Below are positions 1 through 6,609 of a stretch of DNA of 41,674 bases, piece by piece. The translations under genes and the position numbers were made by a program. How positions within the stretch are numbered: position 1 is the first letter of the stretch; each line of letters opens with the position of its first letter. This DNA is from Nitrospirota bacterium (GTDB taxonomy: Bacteria > Nitrospirota > Nitrospiria > Nitrospirales > Nitrospiraceae), in contig CAVPGK010000004.1 in the NCBI GenBank assembly GCA_963703955.1, positions 1 to 41,674 of the forward strand, written 5' to 3'. The notes beneath the pieces are model-generated. The model did not search any database. It had not been told where the DNA came from and was given only the letters and a program-made list of their open reading frames with translations.

Positions 1-25
1 CACTATGACCTAAACCCTGTATGCC

Positions 26-77
26 TCTGTACCCTACCTGTGCCTGCTGACCACCTTGCTATCGAAACAAGAGTGCC
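26..77. repeat. ~52-bp element-end motif, copy A (hairpin CACCTTG-N9-CAAGAGTG)
   Basis: TCTGTACCC-TACCTGTGCCTGCTGACCACCTTG-CTATCG-AAACAAGAGTGCC aligns with 3254-3306; lies ~160 bp before the tRNA-Lys fragment. Confidence 0.85.
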
Positions 78-233
78 ACCGGGTAGTGTTAATACGGTGT
101 TAGCGAGAGAGGCAAATTAAGGAAAGAAGAGACAGAATCAGGCAAATAGAGGAAGACAGGCGATCTCTTCATTTGCTTGAAGAGTAAGGGGATGGCCAAT
201 ATTTACTACTATTTCAGCCATCCCCGGCAGTTC

Positions 234-279
234 ACTCTTAATCAGCGGGCCGCAGGTTCGATCCCTGCACGGCCCACCA
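234..279 (+). other. 3' part of tRNA-Lys(CTT), att-like duplicated fragment, not a full tRNA
   Basis: Anticodon loop CT-CTT-AA, T-arm GCAGG-TTCGATC-CCTGC, acceptor strand ACGGCCC-A-CCA; no 5' acceptor strand or D-arm upstream. Confidence 0.8.
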
Positions 280-431
280 ATTTTAAATGACTTAGGAATG
301 AGTAGTTAGGCTGGCTGTGATGGTGTAGAACACGTGTAGAGGACAGGAACGACGAGCACGCCGCATAATTCCCCTCAACCTGGCAATCTCCCCCTGAATA
401 TTCTCGGCGCTGTCGTGAGTTGAGCCAACCC

Positions 432-584
432 TCAGTCGTGGTCGTCCCCTTTGGCCTCAACGGGAACCCTGTCATTATCGAGAGCTCTCAGGCAAGACTG
501 ACAGATGGTGTGGCTGTTTCTCCTGTCTTTATAAGGCGGTTTTTCGTGCAGTTGGCGCTTGCACCATGCACAGATCATCATCAT
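432..584 (-). CDS. 50-aa zinc-finger microprotein (CAWC...SHTICxxC)
   Basis: Manual translation MMMICAWCKRQLHEKPPYKDRRNSHTICQSCLRALDNDRVPVEAKGDDHD; RBS GGAGGT 7 nt upstream; below the ORF-track length cutoff. Confidence 0.7.
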   Translation of the reverse strand: MMMICAWCKRQLHEKPPYKDRRNSHTICQSCLRALDNDRVPVEAKGDDHD

Positions 585-694
585 GACGACCACCTCCGAA
601 GATGAGGATTGGGAAAAGGATGACCTGAGCCGTTCACTGATGGCCCCCTTCTCTGGATAGAACTTCGTAAAAGGCTATACCTCTCGACAGAAGC

Positions 695-717
695 AATCTG
701 GTCAAAATTGCTCAGTT
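695..717. promoter_or_regulatory. 23-bp conserved motif, copy 1 (AATCTGGTCAAAATTGCTCAGTT)
   Basis: 22/23 identical to 1693-1715; ~110 bp upstream of the 432-584 gene. Confidence 0.6.
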
Positions 718-977
718 GTAAGAATTGATGGCGCGGGGCAGCTTCAAGGTGCCGCTGCGTGAGCTAACCGCAAGGCATGTCGATGCGGTGCCGGACAGAT
801 GAATGGGGTGGGAGAATCCTGGCGGCTGGTGACATCAGTGCGTTCATGCGGATGACGTGGGGATCGCAGGACGGCTCCGCCTTGACCGTCATGAATGATC
901 CGGGCTAGGCCACGGCACGCTGACGACACGAAGCCGAATCTGCGCGGTGCCTGCTCGAACCAGCGAGGCTGGTCAAC

Positions 978-1277
978 CTAGTCGTGCAGGACGACACCGA
1001 GGAGGGAGCTGTGAACTCGCAATCCGCCGTTGTAGTCAATGAAGCGCAGCTTCCGAAACTTATTCAGAAAGAAACTGACGCGGGAGCGTGTGGTACCGAC
1101 CATTTTGGCCAGTGTTTCCTGACTGATCTTCGGAATGACCGGCTCAGGCTTGCCTTCTTTCCCAAAGTGGGACAGCAGCAGGAGGACCCGCGCCAGCCGT
1201 TTCTCGCTGGAATTGAACAATTGATCCACCAAGTCTTCCTCGATGCGAATGTTGCGAGACAGCAGATGGGAGGTGAA
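978..1277 (-). pseudogene. C-terminal fragment of a Crp/Fnr-family regulator (C-helix + HTH)
   Basis: FTSHLLSRNIRIEEDLVDQLFNSSEKRLAR...ISQETLAKMVGTTRSRVSFFLNKFRK; in-frame TAA at 1278-1280 immediately upstream; cNMP-binding domain missing. Confidence 0.85.
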
Positions 1278-1392
1278 TTATAGTGTACATGTTACGACTT
1301 CCTCTGATGAAGTCAACGCAAAGAGATGGGGGATTTTACTAGGCTAGAGGATCGAGTGATCCTGGTCCGCTTGGCGTTTCTAGGGGGCTCAA

Positions 1393-1563
1393 TCACCAAT
1401 GGCTTTTTAGCTCTTCAAGGATAGTGGCCCCACATTCCAGGCAGATGAGGTTTCCTGTTTTTTCTCCGTCCTCTGCAAGTTCGTGGTCAACCATTCTCCC
1501 ATGAGCACATTCTGCTTGTGATTTCATACCATGGCTCGAATGACCGGCCTTGTTCGATGACAT
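1393..1563 (-). CDS. 56-aa zinc-ribbon microprotein (CxH...CxxC)
   Basis: Manual translation MSSNKAGHSSHGMKSQAECAHGRMVDHELAEDGEKTGNLICLECGATILEELKSHW; RBS AGGAG upstream; below the ORF-track cutoff. Confidence 0.65.
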   Translation of the reverse strand: MSSNKAGHSSHGMKSQAECAHGRMVDHELAEDGEKTGNLICLECGATILEELKSHW

Positions 1564-1692
1564 TGGTACTTTCTCCTGTTAGTGGTCGTTAAGACATGGA
1601 TTAAGAATCAGAGCGTTTCAAACATTACCCGGAAGATGAATGATGTAAATCCCAGAGTCTTCCCCTTTAAAGCTAAACTAGTATAGCGTTCG

Positions 1693-1715
1693 AATCTGTT
1701 CAAAATTGCTCAGTT
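1693..1715. promoter_or_regulatory. 23-bp conserved motif, copy 2 (AATCTGTTCAAAATTGCTCAGTT)
   Basis: 22/23 identical to 695-717; ~130 bp upstream of the 1393-1563 gene. Confidence 0.6.
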
Positions 1716-1828
1716 TATGAAAAACTGATCAGAGAGGCAGCGCGACTCTGTCCGAGGGTTAATACAGTAGAAACAAGGGGAAACTGTGGCTGAATTGTGG
1801 CTAAACTATCGGGTGGGGAGGGGTACTA

Positions 1829-3198
1829 GAAGTCATGTCAAGAAGTGTGTAAATAGAATTAGGCGGCGACCTCTTTTTCCACCTGCATTCCATCCATGAA
1901 CGTGACGCCTCGATAGACCGCGGGCATGAGCTCCGGATGTTTCACGCGCCGGAAGGTGTGTTCCGCCACCAGCAGCATCTTCCAAATCACCGCCGTGGCA
2001 TTCTTCACCAGTTTGAACCGCTTGGCGGCATCGGTCCGCAGGCGCGCAGCTCCGAACGGCGACTCCACGGGATTTGACGTTCGCAGATGCTGCCAGTGAG
2101 GCTGCGGGAAGCGGTAGAAGGTGACCAGCCGCTCCCAGTCGGTCATCACGCACTTCGCCGCGTCGGCATAGCCGTGTTGCGCACACCAAGCTACAAACTG
2201 ATCGCGGCGCCGTTCGGCCTCCCGGCGCGTAGGGGTCGCCGGGATCTGGCGGAGGAGCGCCGTGCCAGCCGCCTGGTGCCGCTTCGGCAGCTTATCGAGC
2301 ACATTGACGATCTTATGGTTCCAACAGCGCTGCTCCTCGGCCTCCGGATAGACCTGGCGCAAGGCGCTCCAGATCCCCAGGTGTCCATCGCCCACCACCA
2401 ACCGGGGTGGCCGCAACCCACGGTCGCGCAGCTCACGGAGCACCGTCCCCCAACTCTCCGTGGATTCCCGGTACCCTGCCGTGACTGCCACGAGCACTTT
2501 CCGCCCATCACTGAGAGCCGCCAACACGACCAGCAGTGCCGCCTTCTCCTTCTCCAAGCCGGCCTTTACATAGATCCCATCGATCCATAGATACACCGCT
2601 TCGACCTCGTCGAGGCGACGGCCTTGCCAGATGGCCAGTTCTCCCTGCCACTTCTCCTTCAGCCGCGCCACGGTGGAGCCGGACAAGGGTGCCCCATCCC
2701 CTAATAGGCCTCGGAGCGCCAACTCGAAGTCCCCCAGCGCCAGCCCATGTAGATACAACTCCGGCACCAGAGTCTCGATCGTCGTGCTCTTGCGTTTGAA
2801 CAGCGGCAACACCTGACTGACAAACCGGGCTTCACAGTCCCGCACCCGCGGCCGCTGCACGGTGATCGTGCCGCAGCTCAGGGTCACGCGGCGCGGTTTC
2901 CCATAGCCATTCCGATAGCCACGCTCCTCGCGCGGCCGCCGGCGCTGCGATTTCTGGCGCCCCAAGAACTCGCTGACTTCTTCTTCCAGCACCTGTTGGA
3001 TGAATCCTTGCACATGTCCACGTACCCACGTTTCCAAGTTCTCCCACTTCACGCTTGACGCTTCCCCTGGCTCTGTGCTCTGCTTCTCCATGGCGGTGTC
3101 GTCCTCCTATTCTGGCTGGGAAGCCCAGCCGGTTGGGTTTCGTCACCCGTGAGGATACACCGCCTCTTTTCTATTTCCCCACCTTTTGGTTATACCTC
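1829..3198 (-). mobile_element. IS256-family insertion sequence, intact, 1370 bp
   Basis: 30-bp imperfect TIRs (GAAGTCATGTCAAGAAGTGTGTAAATAGAA at 1829-1858; revcomp GAGGTATAACCAAAAGGTGGGGAAATAGAA at 3169-3198); 8-bp TSD GGGTACTA at 1821-1828 and 3199-3206. Confidence 0.95.
1859..3091 (-). CDS. IS256 (mutator) family DDE transposase
   Basis: YRNGY, PRVR, YLWIDGIY, VVGDGHLG, QRCWNH and RTSNPVES motifs; 410 aa. Confidence 0.95.
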   Translation of the reverse strand: MEKQSTEPGEASSVKWENLETWVRGHVQGFIQQVLEEEVSEFLGRQKSQRRRPREERGYRNGYGKPRRVTLSCGTITVQRPRVRDCEARFVSQVLPLFKRKSTTIETLVPELYLHGLALGDFELALRGLLGDGAPLSGSTVARLKEKWQGELAIWQGRRLDEVEAVYLWIDGIYVKAGLEKEKAALLVVLAALSDGRKVLVAVTAGYRESTESWGTVLRELRDRGLRPPRLVVGDGHLGIWSALRQVYPEAEEQRCWNHKIVNVLDKLPKRHQAAGTALLRQIPATPTRREAERRRDQFVAWCAQHGYADAAKCVMTDWERLVTFYRFPQPHWQHLRTSNPVESPFGAARLRTDAAKRFKLVKNATAVIWKMLLVAEHTFRRVKHPELMPAVYRGVTFMDGMQVEKEVAA

Positions 3199-3253
3199 GG
3201 GTACTACCGACTTCGGTCCTATCAGTCCTGCTCAGAAAAGATTAGTAGCCTCT

Positions 3254-3306
3254 TCTGTACCCCTACCTGTGCCTGCCGACCACCTTGTCCGCAAAACAAG
3301 GGTGCC
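3254..3306. repeat. ~52-bp element-end motif, copy B (hairpin CACCTTG-N9-CAAGGGTG)
   Basis: Aligns with 26-77; ~120 bp before the tRNA-His fragment. Confidence 0.85.
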
Positions 3307-3424
3307 GGGGGGTGCGTCTGGGGTGCAAAAGGTGGGAACGGTTGACCCTTCTTGACCATTCCTGTCCCACCTGATCTCCGCGATTTATGCGGTTATTGCG
3401 GCTTTCTCTTACCTGGATGAGTAA

Positions 3425-3447
3425 TTCGAAACCCGTCACTCACCCCA
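3425..3447 (+). other. 3' end of tRNA-His (attR-like scar 1)
   Basis: TTCGAAA (T-loop)-CCCGT (T-stem)-CACTCAC (acceptor)-C (His-type C73 discriminator)-CCA; upstream sequence is not tRNA. Confidence 0.75.
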
Positions 3448-3672
3448 ATTCTCTTTGTCGGCTTCTCTTCTGTTTCAACGATTTCGCGTGCTAGCGGCGC
3501 CTCAACCGGAGAAGGAGGTTGCGCCTGGGTTTTGTGGCGCGCGGCCAAACCGCGCGCCCGCTACAAGTTGTCATTCGAGCAGTACGAGCAGGAGCGCCTA
3601 CGCCAGAAAATTCCAAGCCAGCACATTGGCGGCCACGCCATGGCAAAGGCCGAGACCTTTCCTCCTCACTCC

Positions 3673-4167
3673 TTACGGCAGTTTTAGGTTCGGGCACCAG
3701 TCCACTTCGGCCTGGCGGGCGATTGCGAGCAGTTGGGCCGACACCGGCGGCGCCCCAGGCTCACGAACGACACCGAGACAACGCGTGCAAATGAATTGGC
3801 AATGAGACAGGCAGGCTCGATCCGGACAGCCGGCCACGTCGCTGAACTTGGCGGATTTCCGCCTGCAATAAGCGTGGCTATCCGGTTCATCGAGGCTCTC
3901 GCGATAACAGATCAAGGCGCTCCAAAATCTTGTCAAGCTGACGACTCTCCGGGCATTGATACTCACCCAGACATCCGGGATGTTGATCACCTCCCCGATC
4001 AGTCGCACCGCAAGATCCAGAGATTCTGGGAAGTCGGTAAAAATGGCGGCGCAGGTCCGGTCCAGCCCTTGACCTTCAACCGTGAAGCTGGGGGCCAACC
4101 GAGCCAGGGCTAGAACGTCCGGGAATGAGGCCGAGGCCGACTCTGGAATGCGCACGACGAGATTCAT
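3673..4167 (-). CDS. Hypothetical Cys-rich protein (C-terminal CxxxxCxxxCxxxCxxC...WCP)
   Basis: Part of ORF 3673-4278; likely start MNLVVRIPE at 4167 (start uncertain); eight Cys in the C-terminal half. Confidence 0.65.
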   Translation of the reverse strand: MNLVVRIPESASASFPDVLALARLAPSFTVEGQGLDRTCAAIFTDFPESLDLAVRLIGEVINIPDVWVSINARRVVSLTRFWSALICYRESLDEPDSHAYCRRKSAKFSDVAGCPDRACLSHCQFICTRCLGVVREPGAPPVSAQLLAIARQAEVDWCPNLKLP

Positions 4168-4284
4168 CGGCTGAACCGAGGCTCCGCGATTAGGGGGCGG
4201 GGTCGCGAACAACCTGTGAAACCCGCTGGTCCGTCGCAGGTGTTTCATCCAGCGCATCCTTTGCGCAGCGGAATCCAAGCCAGT

Positions 4285-4539
4285 TCATTTTGGTCGTGGG
4301 ATTTGCGCCATTCCGTTGGGTGGCGCGGACACTCGGGGTACTGTCCATCCAGCCACCGCCACGGAAGGCCTCGCCCGCTCCATGGCGATCGTCTTGCCCT
4401 CCTGCGTCCACTCGGGTACGACGTCCGCCACGTCCAGCCCCCACGCCACGCTGGCCAGTGCAACTGCGGCAGCAACAGCAAGCAAAATATTGATGATCCT
4501 GTTGAACGTCATCCAACTTTGATCTGCTTTATCGTCCAT
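4285..4539 (-). CDS. Small exported/membrane protein, possibly a truncated gene
   Basis: RBS GGAGAGG before MDDKADQSW; hydrophobic IINILLAVAAAVALASVAWG signal-like segment. Confidence 0.5.
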   Translation of the reverse strand: MDDKADQSWMTFNRIINILLAVAAAVALASVAWGLDVADVVPEWTQEGKTIAMERARPSVAVAGWTVPRVSAPPNGMAQIPRPK

Positions 4540-4629
4540 GACGGCTTCCTCTCCGCAGGCTACAGGCATGAGGCTGGAGGCGATGGGCAAGAAAAACCTG
4601 CCGCTCGCCTCTTGCCCCACACCTGATTT

Positions 4630-5526
4630 TTATTTCGCGCATCGAAGCCCAATCAGATAGGACCGGTGGGTTGGGGCTCGCGCACCGCGTCCTGCCGACC
4701 GCGCGACTTCGGGGTCCTCGTTCCAGGATCCTCCGCGAAAGACTTTTTCCTGACCGAACGCCGGCCCCTCTGGGTTGTAGCTGGTCGCCGACTGGTAGTA
4801 CTGAGGATCAAACCAATCCGCTACCCACTCGGCCACGTTGCCGGCCATTTGGTGGACTCCGTACGCGCTGGCGCCACGATCGTAGCGATTCACATTCGAC
4901 AAGGGCGGATATTTCAGTCCGCGCTTGGACCCTGGGTGGGCGATGTTGCTCCGGCCCCAGCCGGCAGGCTGGTTGCCCCACGGGAACAAGCGCCCATCCG
5001 ACCCGCGCGCAGCTTTTTCCCACTCCGCCTCGGTCGGCAAGCGTTTCCCGACTCGCCGGCAGTACGCGTGCGCTTCCTCCCAGCTCACTCCAATCACAGG
5101 ATGCGCCGCAATCTTCTCGAGGAAGGGGTTCTCTTTCCAGTACGGAGGCCAGAAAGTGCCCGTCACGAGGACGAATCGCAGATAATGAACGTTGGTCACT
5201 TCGAACCGATCGATCTGAAAGGCGTTGAGGTATACCCACCGCTGCGGCTGCTCCTGAGGACCGGCATCACGATCGACGTACGGATCGCTGCCCATGACAA
5301 ACCATCCGGCCGGTACGGAGACCATTCCCTCCGGCACCTCCATCGCAGCCAGCCGTTCGGCCTCGATCTGCGGAAGCCAAGGCTCTCTGACCGGCTGGTC
5401 ATGATCCGCGCGCGCATCGCGGAGCATGAGCAGGCACGATATCAACAACATGACCGTCGTGCAGAGCCCTTCTCGATTCGTAAACAACAGACGTTGACCC
5501 TTTAGCAATCGGGCTTGGGCCATCAT
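4630..5526 (-). CDS. Formylglycine-generating-enzyme (SUMF1/EgtB/PvdO/NirV) domain protein, exported, lacking the catalytic Cys pair
   Basis: VPAGWFVMGS, EVTN, HPVIGVSWEEA, RLPTEAEWEKAARG, MAGNVAEW, RGGSW, GLRC motifs; N-terminal hydrophobic segment. Confidence 0.92.
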   Translation of the reverse strand: MMAQARLLKGQRLLFTNREGLCTTVMLLISCLLMLRDARADHDQPVREPWLPQIEAERLAAMEVPEGMVSVPAGWFVMGSDPYVDRDAGPQEQPQRWVYLNAFQIDRFEVTNVHYLRFVLVTGTFWPPYWKENPFLEKIAAHPVIGVSWEEAHAYCRRVGKRLPTEAEWEKAARGSDGRLFPWGNQPAGWGRSNIAHPGSKRGLKYPPLSNVNRYDRGASAYGVHQMAGNVAEWVADWFDPQYYQSATSYNPEGPAFGQEKVFRGGSWNEDPEVARSAGRGARAPTHRSYLIGLRCAK

Positions 5527-5601
5527 GCCACCCCCAACTCTCCCTCCCCCTGGCAGGGGAGGCGGTCGAAGCCGAATGCTGATCGGTGACAGCTGAGCGC
5601 T

Positions 5602-6537
5602 TCAGTAGCTCTGCTTCTCCAGTGTCGGCACAATCTCGACATTGCCCATGATGCCCAGACCGAACCGTGGATCATCCACGGCCTCATTCGCATAGAGCCG
5701 TCCGGTCGGCGCCTCAACGTTCACGTCGAGTGATGTCGGGGCCTTTGGCCCGATCGTCACCCGGTAGTCCTTCGCTCCGCCGATATTGGGATGCCATACC
5801 ACGACCTTATAGGTCCCCGGAGGGATGTCCTTGATCTCGAACCGACCGTTCTCGTCAGTCTGCGCGTAGTATGGGTTATCGACTGCAAAGCCCCAGCTCT
5901 CCATGAATGCATGAAACCCGCATTGCATGACGAAGACCCGCCGATCCTTGGTCATCTTGACCATCTGCTCCATGGGTTCCCCGGCGAAGTGTCGGTAGAT
6001 GGGAGCGGTCACGCCGGCGCCGGGGGCGTACTTGGCGCTAACGGGAAGCGGGACATTGAACAGCACACGTGGTCCAAGGTGAGATGTCTCATAGGCTTGG
6101 ATGTCATGCATCGCCGGATCCATGTTCACCACTTCAACCTCGTTCTTGTCCCGCACCACGGTAATGAATGGCTTAAACGTGCAATTGATGGCTTCGATGC
6201 GCGGCATTTCAAAATCAAAGACTTTCCCGCGCTCGAGGCCCTCGATCATGACCACGACATCCTTAAACTCCCCGTGCGGTCCTACATTGAAGGGTTGCAA
6301 CAAACGCCATCCCTTTCCATTCGAAATGCGACCGCAATACACGGGGTCCGGGAAGGTCACGAGGTTGTAGCCTTTCGGTTTCGGAACTGTTCCTGACAGC
6401 GTGACCGTCCCCGTGAGTATCCCGCCGTCACTGACCATAATTTCCTCGTAGGCAAGAGCCGCTCCTCCCCAACTCAGGAGTGAAGCCAGCACTCCGGCGA
6501 CCCAACTGACTTTCATTTGACGGCTTGTTCTCATCAC
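5602..6537 (-). CDS. Exported protein with carboxypeptidase-regulatory-like domain and cupredoxin-like insert
   Basis: Signal peptide ending ALA; TDENGRFEIKDIPPGTYKVVVWHP motif; VVNMDPAMHDIQ and CGFHAFM segments. Confidence 0.85.
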   Translation of the reverse strand: MMRTSRQMKVSWVAGVLASLLSWGGAALAYEEIMVSDGGILTGTVTLSGTVPKPKGYNLVTFPDPVYCGRISNGKGWRLLQPFNVGPHGEFKDVVVMIEGLERGKVFDFEMPRIEAINCTFKPFITVVRDKNEVEVVNMDPAMHDIQAYETSHLGPRVLFNVPLPVSAKYAPGAGVTAPIYRHFAGEPMEQMVKMTKDRRVFVMQCGFHAFMESWGFAVDNPYYAQTDENGRFEIKDIPPGTYKVVVWHPNIGGAKDYRVTIGPKAPTSLDVNVEAPTGRLYANEAVDDPRFGLGIMGNVEIVPTLEKQSY

Positions 6538-6548
6538 CGGCCTCCTTC

Positions 6549-6588
6549 AAACAAAGCGGGGGAGCTGCATATCCCCAGCTCCCCCCGC
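6549..6588 (-). terminator. Rho-independent terminator-like hairpin between the oxidase gene and the next gene
   Basis: GC-rich stem GCGGGGG(G)AGCTG/CAGCTCCCCCGC followed by TTTGTTT on the minus strand. Confidence 0.6.
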
Positions 6589-6609
6589 GTTTCGACTCTG
6601 TCAGTTCGA

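Noticed and set aside
187..279. Complete tRNA-Lys gene
   Set aside because: No GGGCCGT acceptor 5' strand or D-arm upstream of the anticodon loop; only the 3' part is present
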